Source: an uncultured Gemmatimonadales bacterium
GTDB lineage: Bacteria; Gemmatimonadota; Gemmatimonadetes; Gemmatimonadales; GWC2-71-9
Direction: 5' to 3'
NCBI GenBank assembly: GCA_963728915.1
Contig: CAVSLV010000001.1
Coordinates: 224,001 to 288,000, forward strand
Length of the DNA: 64,000 nucleotides
In this document: in pieces, positions 47,660-57,714 of the stretch
How the letters are laid out: every line of letters begins with the position of its first letter
Position numbering within the stretch: position 1 is the stretch's first letter
Program-made: the position numbers and the translations under genes
The notes under the pieces: model-generated
What the model was told of the DNA's origin: nothing
Database searches by the model: none
Seen by the model: the letters and a program-made list of their open reading frames with translations, nothing else

Positions 47660-49978
47660 CTAGGGAGCGCTGATCGCTCTGGGCGGATGTAGCTGGTAGT
47701 TCGATGGCGGCTCCGCCCCCATCAGGTACCGCACGAAGTAGTCCCAGCGGCGCCGGATCATGTACGGCTCGCTCCCGAACCCGTGGCTCCGGTTGGGAAG
47801 CAGGAGGAGATCGAAATCCTTGTTGGCCCGGATCAGGGCATTGACGACCAGCAGGGTATTGTAGGGCGGAACGTTGGTGTCCATCGTGCCGTGAACCAGC
47901 AGCAGCTTGCCCTTCAGGTTCCGGGCCATGTTCTGATTGGCCTGGCGGTCGTAGTTGTCGGTCCCGTCCGGGCCACGCACCAGGAGCCCCTGCCACTTTT
48001 CTCCCCAGTCGTCCTCGTATTGCCGGTTGTCGTGGTTGCCCGCTTCCGAGACGCCGACCTTGTAGAAATCGGGATAACGGAACATCGCGTCCGCGGCGGC
48101 ATATCCGCCCCCCGAGTGGCCCCACACCCCGACCCGGTCGAGGTCGATCCAGGAATACCGCTCGGCGAGCTGCCGGATCCCGCCAACCTGGTCGGGCAGG
48201 GTATTGTCGCCCATGTCGCCGTAATAGGCCGCATGGAAGGACTTGGAACGAAGCGGAGTGCCCATGCCGTCCAGCGCGATAACCACGAAGCCAAGCTCAG
48301 CCAGGGCGCGGTGGTCGCTCCGGGCCGCGACGAAGCTCCGGCTCCCCACACTCCCGGTCTGGGGACCGGGGTAGATGTAGTTCACCACCGGGTATTTGCG
48401 GGTAGAATCGAAGTCGGTCGGGCGGAACAGGAGACCGTAGAGATCGGTCTTGCCGTCCCGCGCTTTGACCGTGAACGGAATTGGCGGGGTCCATCCGGTC
48501 GCGGTCAGGCGGGAAAGATCCGCCTTCTCGACCTCGAGGAGCAGCCTGCCGTCGCCGTTCCGCAGGACCACGGTTGGTGGCACGTCCGGACGTGAGTAGC
48601 TGTCGGTGAACCAGGGTTTGTCGACCGCGAGGGAAACATCATGGTCGGCGTTCTCCGGCGTCAGCAGCTCGAGCCGCTTCCCGTCGAGGCTGACCCGGTA
48701 GAAGTGCCGGAAGTAGGGGTCCCGCCCGGGCTCGCGTCCCACCCCGGTGAAGTAGATGGTGCGGGAGTGCTCATCAACGCGCATCACGGTGAGGACGTTC
48801 CACGGTCCGCTGGTCACCCGACCCTTGAGGTCGCCGGTCTCGAGATCATAGCGATACAGGTGGCCCCAGTCGTCCCGCTGGGAGTACCAGAGGATCTCCT
48901 TGAGATCCCAGAGCACCCGCCAGTTCCGGGTATCGAATCCGGACTCGAAAAAGCTGGGCGCCCGCTCGGAGAACAGGTCCCGCACCACGCCGGTCGTGGC
49001 GTCCGCGATCCGCACCTGTTCCTCCTTGTGGTCCCGCGAGGTCGACACGAACACCAGCCGCGACGCCTCCGGGCTCCATTCGACATCGGCGAACTGGCCG
49101 TCGCACAGGATGTGATCGCAGGTCGTGGATCGGTGCGGGTCGGGCGGGAGCTGGAGCCGGATGACTCGGGGCGCGGCGCCGCTCAGGTCGATCACGACCC
49201 GGTGAATCATCTGGATCACGCTGTCGCCGGGCAGAGGATACTTCCAGGCCTGCAGCACCGGATGATGAACCTGAGTTTCCACCAGGTACATCTCCCCGAC
49301 CGCGCGCTCGTCCTGCTGAAAGGTCGCGATCTTCCGCGAGTCGGGTGACCAGAGCAGCACCGGACGGTTGCTTCGGGTCCACCCCGCGTTGTCGGTGGCG
49401 TAGCCGAAGTCCTTGATCCCGTCGCTGGTGAGCTGGGTCTCCCTCCTGGTCGCGACGTCGCGCACCCAGAGATTGAACTCGCGGATGAACGCCACCCGCT
49501 TCCCATCGGGCGAAACCACTCCGTCCCTTCCCCCGTCCGGCGCGATGGTCACCCCGGTGCAGGCATTCTTCACCACGTCGCAGGTCCACCGCTTGCCCCC
49601 GGCATCGAAAGTGATGCTCCGCTTGTCGGTGGAAAACTGGAGCTGGGACAGGGCAAGCCGGAGCGAATCGAAGGCGGTGCCCGCCGCCTCGCTGAGGGCG
49701 CGGGCCAGCCCGGCCTGATCGAAGGCTCGAACCCTGGTGCGCCGGGAGGGATCCACCAGCAGGTACTCGATCCCGCGCGCCGTCACCACCCGGTACCAGA
49801 ATTCCCCCGAGGAAAGCCAGGTCGGGTGGACCCCGGCGTTCAGGACCAGCGGGTTAGCGTTGTATCCCAGGAATTGCTCGGCCCGGGCATAATCCTCCGC
49901 GGTGAGCTGGGGGCGGGCCTGGGCGCCGGCCGTGGCCGGAAGGGCGACGATCAGGGCAAGCAGACGGAGCGAGCGCAT
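47660..49978 (-). CDS. Dipeptidyl peptidase IV-like S9B peptidase, secreted
   Basis: Signal peptide, DPP IV N-terminal propeller, GVWGHSGGG, HGTMDTNV and RSHG; GGAGG RBS before ATG 49978. Confidence 0.9.
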   Translation of the reverse strand: MRSLRLLALIVALPATAGAQARPQLTAEDYARAEQFLGYNANPLVLNAGVHPTWLSSGEFWYRVVTARGIEYLLVDPSRRTRVRAFDQAGLARALSEAAGTAFDSLRLALSQLQFSTDKRSITFDAGGKRWTCDVVKNACTGVTIAPDGGRDGVVSPDGKRVAFIREFNLWVRDVATRRETQLTSDGIKDFGYATDNAGWTRSNRPVLLWSPDSRKIATFQQDERAVGEMYLVETQVHHPVLQAWKYPLPGDSVIQMIHRVVIDLSGAAPRVIRLQLPPDPHRSTTCDHILCDGQFADVEWSPEASRLVFVSTSRDHKEEQVRIADATTGVVRDLFSERAPSFFESGFDTRNWRVLWDLKEILWYSQRDDWGHLYRYDLETGDLKGRVTSGPWNVLTVMRVDEHSRTIYFTGVGREPGRDPYFRHFYRVSLDGKRLELLTPENADHDVSLAVDKPWFTDSYSRPDVPPTVVLRNGDGRLLLEVEKADLSRLTATGWTPPIPFTVKARDGKTDLYGLLFRPTDFDSTRKYPVVNYIYPGPQTGSVGSRSFVAARSDHRALAELGFVVIALDGMGTPLRSKSFHAAYYGDMGDNTLPDQVGGIRQLAERYSWIDLDRVGVWGHSGGGYAAADAMFRYPDFYKVGVSEAGNHDNRQYEDDWGEKWQGLLVRGPDGTDNYDRQANQNMARNLKGKLLLVHGTMDTNVPPYNTLLVVNALIRANKDFDLLLLPNRSHGFGSEPYMIRRRWDYFVRYLMGAEPPSNYQLHPPRAISAP

Positions 49979-50056
49979 GAACCGACCTCCTTCGAATTTG
50001 AAGGAACGAACAGTAAACCGTGAGCCAACCACAGTGAATGCCGCGGGCGGCGGGGG

Positions 50057-50977
50057 TCAGCCGCCCCGGTGGGTCCAGTACCGGGCCAGTCCGGTCCAGC
50101 ACGCCTCCGCGCCCGGTCCCGATCCCGAGAGATACCGCTCGACCTCGCCATCCGGGCTCCGCTGCGAGACCCACTCCCGCAGGCGCCGCACGAACGCCTC
50201 CCTCCGGTCGGTGTCCGAACCGGGCATCGCGAGCGCCTCCCGAGCATAACCCGCCCACTCGACCAGGCCGGTGCGCAGGGCTTCCAGGTGCTCCTCGGGA
50301 TGGGACGAGAAACCGAAATGGGTCAGGGCCAGCCGTTCGGCCCGCCATTCGAGAATCCGGTCGATCGAGGCGAACCAGGCCTCGAGGTCGATGTCCGGTG
50401 GCGGGGTGACCGGCAGCACCAGAGGGAACGACGGCCGCATGACTCCGGCGGTGTCGCCGACGAACGCGGTCAGCGTTTCGCGATCCAGAAAGCTCACGTG
50501 GTGCCAGGCGTGCCCCGGGGTATAAAGCACTTCGAACCGCCTTCCGTCGAGCTCCAGGCGTTCGCCCCCCTCCAGGACCCTGATCTGTTCCGGTGGAACC
50601 GGAAGAATCTCGCCCCACAGCTCGTTCATCCTGTCGCCATACAGTCGCTCGGCGCTCCCGATCAGTTTGCCGGGATCGATCAGATGGTTTGCGCCCCTGG
50701 CGTGAACGTGCACCCGAAGCCGGGGATTTCCTCGCGCCAGCACCCCGCTCGCTCCGGCATGGTCCAGGTGGATGTGGGTGAGGAGCAGATCGGTGAGATC
50801 CGCTTCGCTCATCCCATGGACCGCGAGCCCGGCTCGGAGCGCGGGCAGGGTCGAAGCCGGACCCGGATCCACCACCAGGGCGCCGGTTCGGCTGGAGAGC
50901 AGGTAGCTCGCGATCGAGTCCTGCTGGCCGAGGTGATGGAGGTCGATGAGGTGGAGGTCTGCCGGTGGGGGGTTCAT
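50057..50977 (-). CDS. MBL-fold metallo-hydrolase
   Basis: THIHLDHAG, TPGHAWHH, FVGD and LTHFG motifs. Confidence 0.9.
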   Translation of the reverse strand: MNPPPADLHLIDLHHLGQQDSIASYLLSSRTGALVVDPGPASTLPALRAGLAVHGMSEADLTDLLLTHIHLDHAGASGVLARGNPRLRVHVHARGANHLIDPGKLIGSAERLYGDRMNELWGEILPVPPEQIRVLEGGERLELDGRRFEVLYTPGHAWHHVSFLDRETLTAFVGDTAGVMRPSFPLVLPVTPPPDIDLEAWFASIDRILEWRAERLALTHFGFSSHPEEHLEALRTGLVEWAGYAREALAMPGSDTDRREAFVRRLREWVSQRSPDGEVERYLSGSGPGAEACWTGLARYWTHRGG

Positions 50978-50978
50978 G

Positions 50979-50992
50979 TCTTATATATAAGA
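50979..50992. promoter_or_regulatory. AT-rich palindrome between divergent start codons, candidate bidirectional leaderless promoter
   Basis: TCTTATATATAAGA fills 14 of the 15 bp between ATG 50977 (-) and GTG 50993 (+). Confidence 0.6.
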
Positions 50993-52141
50993 GTGGTCTC
51001 CCAGCGGTCTTCTCTCACCGTCGCCGTCGCCGGCCTCGGGGCGATGGGCTCGCAGGCGGTCCTCGAATTGGCTCGCCGGGGCCACCGCGTCGTCGGCTTC
51101 GATCGTTTCCGGCCCCCCCATTCGCTCGGCTCCTCGCACGGCAGGACCCGGATCATCCGGGAGGCCTACTTCGAGCACCCCCAGTATGTCCCCCTGGTGC
51201 AGCGGGCCTACCAGCGCTGGAGCGAGCTGGAGCGGGAGAGTAACCTGCCCCTCTACCGGCCCACCGGCGGCCTGATGATCGGTCCGCCCCAAGGCGAGCT
51301 GGTGGCGGGAGCGCGCCGCAGCGCGGTGGCGCACCATCTTCCCTTCGAAGAGTTCTCCCCGGCCGAGGTGCGAAGCCGGTTTCCCCCGTTCCAGCTGGCC
51401 GACGGCGAGATCGCGTTGTTCGAGCCGAGGGCGGGCGTGCTCTTTCCCGAGCGGGTCATCGAGCTGGTGCTGGAGCTGGCCCGGAAGGCCGGAGCCCTGC
51501 TGCATCTCGAGGAGCCGGTGGAGTCGTGGAGCGCCGGCTCGGGCCTCCGGGTTCACACTACGCAGCGCGAGATCGAGGTGGACCGCCTGGTCCTCACCCC
51601 CGGCGCCTGGATGGCGGGCGATCTTCCCGGGCTGTCGCTGCCGCTCACCCTAACCCGCCAGCCCCTCTTCTGGTTCGAGGTGCCGCCCCCGATCCGGGCG
51701 GTCGCCGCCCGGCTCCCCATCTTCATCTGGGAATGGGTGGAAGGCCGCATGTGCTACGGGTTTCCCGACCTGGGCGACGGGCTCAAGGCGGCGATCCACC
51801 ACGAAGGGGAGCCCCTGGTCCCCGACCGCCCCCGGCGGCCGGCCAGCCCGGAGGAAGCTGGGGAGCTTGCCCAGGTTCTCGCCACCCGGATCCCGGGTCT
51901 CGGGCCGGTCCGGGAGACCGCCGTCTGTGTGTACACCAACACCGCCACCGGCGACTTCCTGATCGATCGCCACCCCCACGACACCCGCGTCCTTCTGGCG
52001 AGTCCCTGCTCGGGTCATGGATTCAAGTTCGCGCCGGTGATCGGGGAAGTGCTGGCCGACCTGGTGGAGGAACGCACCCCCCGATTCGATCTCTCGCCAT
52101 TTCGCCTCGACCGGCTCCTTGGGACTGCCCCGAAGCGCTGA
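50993..52141 (+). CDS. solA: N-methyl-L-tryptophan oxidase / monomeric sarcosine oxidase family
   Basis: GLGAMG, GSSHGRTRIIREAYFE, CVYTNT (flavinylation Cys) and SPCSGHGFKF. Confidence 0.85.
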   Translation: MVSQRSSLTVAVAGLGAMGSQAVLELARRGHRVVGFDRFRPPHSLGSSHGRTRIIREAYFEHPQYVPLVQRAYQRWSELERESNLPLYRPTGGLMIGPPQGELVAGARRSAVAHHLPFEEFSPAEVRSRFPPFQLADGEIALFEPRAGVLFPERVIELVLELARKAGALLHLEEPVESWSAGSGLRVHTTQREIEVDRLVLTPGAWMAGDLPGLSLPLTLTRQPLFWFEVPPPIRAVAARLPIFIWEWVEGRMCYGFPDLGDGLKAAIHHEGEPLVPDRPRRPASPEEAGELAQVLATRIPGLGPVRETAVCVYTNTATGDFLIDRHPHDTRVLLASPCSGHGFKFAPVIGEVLADLVEERTPRFDLSPFRLDRLLGTAPKR

Positions 52142-52155
52142 GCTATTTTTCCCGG

Positions 52156-53025
52156 GTGTCCGACACCGCTTCCGTTGCTGCTCCGATCGGCGCGCTCCTG
52201 AGCCGGGCGATTGACTACGCCGGGCTCTTCCCGCCGGCGAGCCTCGACCTCACCACCGCCGTCGCCAACTATCAGGCGTATCGCGATGGCCCCGACGCCT
52301 GGGCCCTGGGCCGTTTGGTCGCGAAGGCGAGCGATCTTCCATCGCTCGCCACCATGAGCGGAACCGGCATGCCGCTGAGCGTGTTGCTCGGTCCCGCGAT
52401 CGACCAGGATCTCGAGCGGCTCCTGCGGTTCGATGACGGCACGCCGGGCCCCGGCAGGGTGGAGGCCGTCGAGCTCAAGGGCCCGCTGACCCACCTCGAC
52501 AAGGCGCCCTCGCGGTGGCCCCGATACCTGGAGCTGCCCCTCGACGAGCACCTCGAGACGACCCTCGACGAGATCGCGAACCGGGGCGCCCTCGCGAAGG
52601 TGCGAACCGGTGGGACCATCGCCGAGGCAATTCCCAAAGCCCGCGAGCTGGCCCGCTTCCTGGTGGCCTGTGCCGGTCGCCGGCTGCCGTTCAAGGCGAC
52701 CGCAGGTCTCCACCACCCGGTCCGCGGCTCCTACCGTCTGACCTACGAAGCGGGTGCGCCGCGCGGCGTGCTGTTCGGCTACCTGAACCTGGCGGTCGCG
52801 GCGGTGATCGCGTGGACCGGCGGCGAGGCCCGGGAAACCGAGGCTGCCCTGGTCGAGACCGGGCCCGGCGCCATCCACTGGGATGGGGAGGCCCTGCACT
52901 GGCGGGCCCATCGATTCCCGGCCGAAGCGATCGCCGCGCTGCGCCGGGAGAGTTTCCACGGCTTCGGCTCCTGCTCCTTCCGGGAGCCGCTGGACGAGCT
53001 CGCCGGGTTAGGATCCGCGCAGTGA
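52156..53025 (+). CDS. Conserved hypothetical protein coupled to fahA
   Basis: IDYAGLFPP, AKVRTGG, PFKATAGLHHP, GYLNL and FGSCSF.EP motifs; TATTTT 6 nt before the GTG. Confidence 0.75.
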   Translation: MSDTASVAAPIGALLSRAIDYAGLFPPASLDLTTAVANYQAYRDGPDAWALGRLVAKASDLPSLATMSGTGMPLSVLLGPAIDQDLERLLRFDDGTPGPGRVEAVELKGPLTHLDKAPSRWPRYLELPLDEHLETTLDEIANRGALAKVRTGGTIAEAIPKARELARFLVACAGRRLPFKATAGLHHPVRGSYRLTYEAGAPRGVLFGYLNLAVAAVIAWTGGEARETEAALVETGPGAIHWDGEALHWRAHRFPAEAIAALRRESFHGFGSCSFREPLDELAGLGSAQ

Positions 53026-54344
53026 CCCTCCGGCTCGACGAAACCCACGATCGCCGGGCCACCTCCTGGGTGGCCTCGGCGCAGCGCGCCGGCGCCGAGT
53101 TCCCCATTCAGAACCTTCCCTTCGGCGTCTTTCGCCGCCCCGGCACGAGCCAGGGGCAGATCGGGATCGCCATCGGGGATCAGATCCTGGATGTCTCACG
53201 GGCCATCAGCGTCGGCGCCCTGAGCCTGGAGCCGGCCCTGTTCGATTGCCTCACGGCTCCGAGGCTGAATGCCCTGCTGGCGCGGGGCCGGCGTGCCCTT
53301 CAGTCGGTGCGCGCCGGAGTCTTCGCGCTCCTTCGGCAGGGTTCCCGGCTGGCGCGTCCGCCCGAGGGTTGTCTGGTTCCGATGGCGAGCGTCGAGCTCC
53401 AGCTCCCCATCGACATCGGAGACTACACCGACTTCTACGCTTCGATTCACCACGCGACCAACGTCGGGAAGATGCTCCGGCCCGACCAGCCGCTGCTTCC
53501 CAACTACAAATGGGTGCCGATCGGCTACCACGGACGCGCCTCTTCCATCGTGGTGAGCGGTACCCCGGTCGAACGCCCCCGCGGGCAGATCAAGCCCTCG
53601 GGAGACGAGCCCCCCTCGGTGCTTCCCACCAGGTCCCTCGACTACGAATGCGAAGTCGGCATGGTCGTGGGCAAGGGCAATCCCCTCGGTCAACCCGTGC
53701 CGATCGCCCAATCGGAAGAGCACCTCGCCGGACTTTGCCTGGTGAACGACTGGTCCGCGCGTGACATCCAGGCCTGGGAGTATCAGCCACTGGGCCCTTT
53801 CCTCGCCAAGAGTTTCGCGACCACCATGTCGCCCTGGGTGGTGACCCTCGACGCCCTGGAACCGTTCCGGGCCCCACTCGCCGATCGCGAAGCGAACGAC
53901 CCTTCACCGCTCGAATACCTGAGCGAAGCGGAGGGACGCTCCCGGTCCGGCTTTGCCATCGATCTCGAGGTCGGCATCGCCTCGGCGCGGATGCGGAGCG
54001 AAGGCGTGGAGCCGATGCGACTCAGCCGGTGCAGTTTCACCCGGATGTACTGGTCGGCCGCGCAGCTCATCGCGCATCACACCGGGAACGGATGCAACCT
54101 CCGTCCTGGCGACCTGCTGGCCAGCGGAACCGTGTCCGGCCCCGATCGGGGAAGCCAGGGGTGCCTCCTCGAGCTGACCTGGCGGGGCGCACACCCGCTG
54201 ACCCTCCCCACCGGAGAAACCCGGCGCTTCCTCGAGGATGGCGATGAGATCGTGATGCGGGGAACCTGCGCTCGAGAAGGGTTCGCCACGATCGGATTCG
54301 GGGAATGCCGGGGAGTCGTGCTGCCGGGCCTGGACAACCCGTGA
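53022..54344 (+). CDS. fahA: Fumarylacetoacetase
   Basis: FPIQNLPFG, GDYTDFYAS..HATNVG, GYHGRASS, LDYECE and NDWSARDIQAWEYQPLGPF. Confidence 0.95.
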   Translation: MTLRLDETHDRRATSWVASAQRAGAEFPIQNLPFGVFRRPGTSQGQIGIAIGDQILDVSRAISVGALSLEPALFDCLTAPRLNALLARGRRALQSVRAGVFALLRQGSRLARPPEGCLVPMASVELQLPIDIGDYTDFYASIHHATNVGKMLRPDQPLLPNYKWVPIGYHGRASSIVVSGTPVERPRGQIKPSGDEPPSVLPTRSLDYECEVGMVVGKGNPLGQPVPIAQSEEHLAGLCLVNDWSARDIQAWEYQPLGPFLAKSFATTMSPWVVTLDALEPFRAPLADREANDPSPLEYLSEAEGRSRSGFAIDLEVGIASARMRSEGVEPMRLSRCSFTRMYWSAAQLIAHHTGNGCNLRPGDLLASGTVSGPDRGSQGCLLELTWRGAHPLTLPTGETRRFLEDGDEIVMRGTCAREGFATIGFGECRGVVLPGLDNP

Positions 54345-54898
54345 CCACGACGGTCAAGGTGACCCACCTGGAGATGCGCTCCCCCGCGGACTTTCGCCGG
54401 TCGGAGCGGATCCCGCCCGATGTCCTGCTGCTTCGGGCCCTTGTCCCCTCACCCGAGCTGGGCCGGTTCCTGTATACCGCGGTGGGCGGCGGATGGTACT
54501 GGCGGGAGCGGCTCGCCTGGACCTGGCAACGGTGGTCGGACTGGCTTTCCCGTCCCGAGGTGGAGACCTGGGTGGCTTACCAGAACGGGACTCCGGCCGG
54601 ATATTTCGAGCTCGAGGCCCGGCCGGACGCGAGCTCGCAGATCACCTACTTCGGACTGTTGCCTTCGTTCATCGGCAAGGGCCTCGGAGGGTATCTCCTC
54701 ACCCAGGCGGTGGATCGGGCCTGGCAGATGAGGCCGGGAGTGACGCGGGTCTGGGTGCACACCTGCACCCTCGATCACCCCGGGGCTCTTCCCAACTACG
54801 TGGGCCGGGGCTTCCGAATCTTCAAGGAGGAGGAGCACCAGGTGCTTCTTCCGGACGAACCGCCCGGTCCCTGGCCCGGAGCGCACCGATCGCGATGA
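54341..54898 (+). CDS. GNAT family N-acetyltransferase
   Basis: AGYFEL, YFGLLPSFIGKGLGG and RVWVHTCTLDHPGALPNY. Confidence 0.85.
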   Translation: MTTTVKVTHLEMRSPADFRRSERIPPDVLLLRALVPSPELGRFLYTAVGGGWYWRERLAWTWQRWSDWLSRPEVETWVAYQNGTPAGYFELEARPDASSQITYFGLLPSFIGKGLGGYLLTQAVDRAWQMRPGVTRVWVHTCTLDHPGALPNYVGRGFRIFKEEEHQVLLPDEPPGPWPGAHRSR

Positions 54899-55530
54899 AT
54901 CTGGCCGATCTCCGGCGCGACTATTCCGGCACGCCGCTCGACGAACGAACCGTGAGCCCGGATCCTCTGCTTCAGCTGGTGCAATGGCTGGAGGAAGCGG
55001 TTCGCGCCCAGGTGGTGGAGCCTTCCGCCATGACCCTGGCGACCGCGACGCCGTCGGGAGTCCCTTCGGCCCGGATGGTGCTCCTCAAAGCGGCCGAGCC
55101 GGACGGGCTGGTGTTCTACTGCGATACCCGGAGTCAGAAGGGAATCGAGCTCACCGCGAATCCCGAGGCCGCACTGGTCCTGTGGTGGGGCGAGCTGGCC
55201 CGCCAGGTCCGAGCGGGCGGTTCGGTCTCCCGGGTTAGGGACTCCGAGGCCGATCGGTACTACGCCTCGCGCCCCGAAGGAAGCCGGCTCAGCGCCTGGG
55301 CCTCCCATCAAAGCCAGGTCGTCCCGGGTCGCTTCATCCTCGAGGCGCGCTGGGAGGAAGCTGCCCGCCGGTTCCCGGAGGGAGAGATCCCCCGGCCCCC
55401 CTACTGGGGCGGCTTCCGGGTGGTTCCTCGATACTTCGAATTCTGGCAGGGCCGCCCCAACCGACTCCATGATCGGGTTCGCTATCGGAACACGGAGACC
55501 GGCTGGATCATCGAGCGACTCAGTCCCTAG
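54895..55530 (+). CDS. pdxH: Pyridoxamine 5'-phosphate oxidase
   Basis: LRRDY, AMTLAT, PSARMVLLK, PRPPYWGG and EFWQGRPNRLHDR. Confidence 0.95.
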   Translation: MNLADLRRDYSGTPLDERTVSPDPLLQLVQWLEEAVRAQVVEPSAMTLATATPSGVPSARMVLLKAAEPDGLVFYCDTRSQKGIELTANPEAALVLWWGELARQVRAGGSVSRVRDSEADRYYASRPEGSRLSAWASHQSQVVPGRFILEARWEEAARRFPEGEIPRPPYWGGFRVVPRYFEFWQGRPNRLHDRVRYRNTETGWIIERLSP

Positions 55531-55534
55531 GCGA

Positions 55535-56401
55535 ATGCATCGGGGCATCCGGCTGGTCCGCACCGGTCTCCTCATCAACGGCGTTCTTGCGCTGGTCAAG
55601 CTGCTGGCCGGGGTTCTCGGTCACTCCTACGCGCTCATTGCCGATGCGGTCGAATCGATCGCCGACATCTTTTCCTCCCTGGTGGTCTGGAGCGGGCTCC
55701 GGATCGCCTCCCGCGACGCGGACGAGCGCTATCCGTTCGGATATGGCAAGGCCGAATCGGTCTCCTCAGCGGTGGTCGGAATCATGCTGGTCGGAGCGGC
55801 GCTCGGCATCGCCATCGAGGCGATCAGGGAGATTCTGACTCCCCATCACACTCCGGCGCCGTTCACCCTCGGCGTGCTGGTGGTGGTGGTCGCCATCAAG
55901 GAATCCCTCTTCCGCCGGGTCTTCCGTGGCGCCGAAGAGCTCGGCAGCCAGGCGATCGCCGCGGATGCCTGGCATCACCGCGCCGACGCCATCACCTCGT
56001 CGGCCGCTTTCATCGGCATCTCCGTGGCGCTCATCGGCGGCCCCGGCTGGGAACAGGCGGATGACTGGGCCGCGCTTCTGGCCTCGGTCATCATTCTCTA
56101 CAACGGGACCCGTATCATCCGCCCGGCTCTCGCGGAGCTGATGGATCAATCGCCGTCCGAGGCGGTTTTTCGACAGATCGACACGGCGGCGCGCGGAGTC
56201 GACGGGGTGCTCGCCACTGAGAAGCTCCGAGTCCGGACCAGCGGGCCGCGGTACCTGCTCGAGCTCCACGTGCAGGCCGCCCCCGCGCTCTCCCTCCACG
56301 AGGCCCATATCCTGAGCGGCAAGGTCAAAACTGCGATCCGGGCGGCGGTGCCCCGGGTGGACACGGTTCTCATTCATATGGAGCCATTCGCGAAGGAATG
56401 A
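55535..56401 (+). CDS. Cation diffusion facilitator (FieF-like)
   Basis: SYALIADAVES, YPFGYGKAE, ADAWHHRAD and LIHMEP; start 55535 or 55469. Confidence 0.9.
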   Translation: MHRGIRLVRTGLLINGVLALVKLLAGVLGHSYALIADAVESIADIFSSLVVWSGLRIASRDADERYPFGYGKAESVSSAVVGIMLVGAALGIAIEAIREILTPHHTPAPFTLGVLVVVVAIKESLFRRVFRGAEELGSQAIAADAWHHRADAITSSAAFIGISVALIGGPGWEQADDWAALLASVIILYNGTRIIRPALAELMDQSPSEAVFRQIDTAARGVDGVLATEKLRVRTSGPRYLLELHVQAAPALSLHEAHILSGKVKTAIRAAVPRVDTVLIHMEPFAKE

Positions 56402-57714
56402 CGCTTCAGGAACGGCTCGAGGCCCGCCTCCGAGCGATGCAGCTGTCGGGTCCTGCCCTCGTCGCGGTTTCCGGCGGCCCCGATTCGATCGCGCTGCTCG
56501 ATCTCCTCTCCAACTCGGCAGCGGCGGCGCGACTCTCCATCCATGTGGCTCATCTGGATCATGGGATCCATCCCGAAAGCGGCAAGGTGATGGAGGCAGT
56601 GCGCCGGATCACGCAGCGCTACGGGTTCTCGTTTCTCGGTCACCGGCTCGAGCTCGGTCCCGACGCCTCCGAAACCCTGGCGCGGGTTGCGCGTTATGAG
56701 TGGCTCGAATCCGAGGCGGATCGGCTCGGCGCCGGGACGATTTTCCTCGCCCATCACCGGGACGACCAGATCGAGACGGTGTTGATGCGACTCCTCCGGG
56801 GGTCCGGCTCCGCCGGGCTGGCAGGCATGGCAATTCGGCGCGGCCGTATTGTCCGTCCCCTGCTTGGGTTTCCCCGGTCCGAGCTCGAACGGCACGCCCG
56901 GGGACTCGGAGTCGAGGTCTGGGACGACCCCGCCAACCGGGACCTCCGGCATGATCGCGTCTGGATCAGGCGGACGGTGCTGCCCCTGCTTCGCGAACGG
57001 ATGCCCGACCTGGATCGGCAGCTGCTTCGGGTGGCTCGGAATGCGGCCCGGGAGCGCACCGCGTGGGACCGCCTGCTCGATACCGAGGTGTTCGAACTTC
57101 AGGGTGAGTGTGACGGGATTTCCGTTGCTGCGTCACCATTTGGAGACTATGATTCGAACGTGGTTCGGGCACTCCTGGGCGCCCTCGGGCGCCGGGTTGG
57201 TTGCCATGTGGGCCCGAGGCGGGCGGCTCGAGTTGAGCAACTCCTGGCGGGCGGTCGAAGTGGAGCGAAGGCGCAGCTCGGAACGGGCTGCGCCGCCGAG
57301 CTCACCTTCGGCCGCCTCCGTCTCTTTCGGGAGGGCTCGCAGGAAAGCCCGTCCCCGGTTCCCCTCGCGGGTCAGGTTGGCGCCACCCTTCTCGGGCCCT
57401 GGGAGCTTCGCTGGCGCAGCGAACCGGCGCCGGCGCGAATCGAACGGATTTCGTTGGCCACCTGGGTCTCGCCAGGAGCGTACCAGGTCAGGTCGTGGCG
57501 ATCTGGCGATCGCATTCACCCGCTCGGTGGATCCGGAAGGAGACTCGTGGTGCGTTGCATGCAGGACGTCCGAATTGCGCGGCACCTTCGCGCCACCTGG
57601 CCGGTGGTCGAGGCCGATGGGACCATCGTCTGGGTCCCTGGTGTCTGCCGGTCTGCCGGCGCACTCCCGGCCCCGGGTGGCGAAGCGCTCCGGATCGATG
57701 CCCAGCAACGCTAG
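56398..57714 (+). CDS. tilS: tRNA(Ile)-lysidine synthetase
   Basis: VAVSGGPDS, HLDHG, AHHRDDQIET, VRPLL and DDPAN. Confidence 0.95.
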   Translation: MTLQERLEARLRAMQLSGPALVAVSGGPDSIALLDLLSNSAAAARLSIHVAHLDHGIHPESGKVMEAVRRITQRYGFSFLGHRLELGPDASETLARVARYEWLESEADRLGAGTIFLAHHRDDQIETVLMRLLRGSGSAGLAGMAIRRGRIVRPLLGFPRSELERHARGLGVEVWDDPANRDLRHDRVWIRRTVLPLLRERMPDLDRQLLRVARNAARERTAWDRLLDTEVFELQGECDGISVAASPFGDYDSNVVRALLGALGRRVGCHVGPRRAARVEQLLAGGRSGAKAQLGTGCAAELTFGRLRLFREGSQESPSPVPLAGQVGATLLGPWELRWRSEPAPARIERISLATWVSPGAYQVRSWRSGDRIHPLGGSGRRLVVRCMQDVRIARHLRATWPVVEADGTIVWVPGVCRSAGALPAPGGEALRIDAQQR

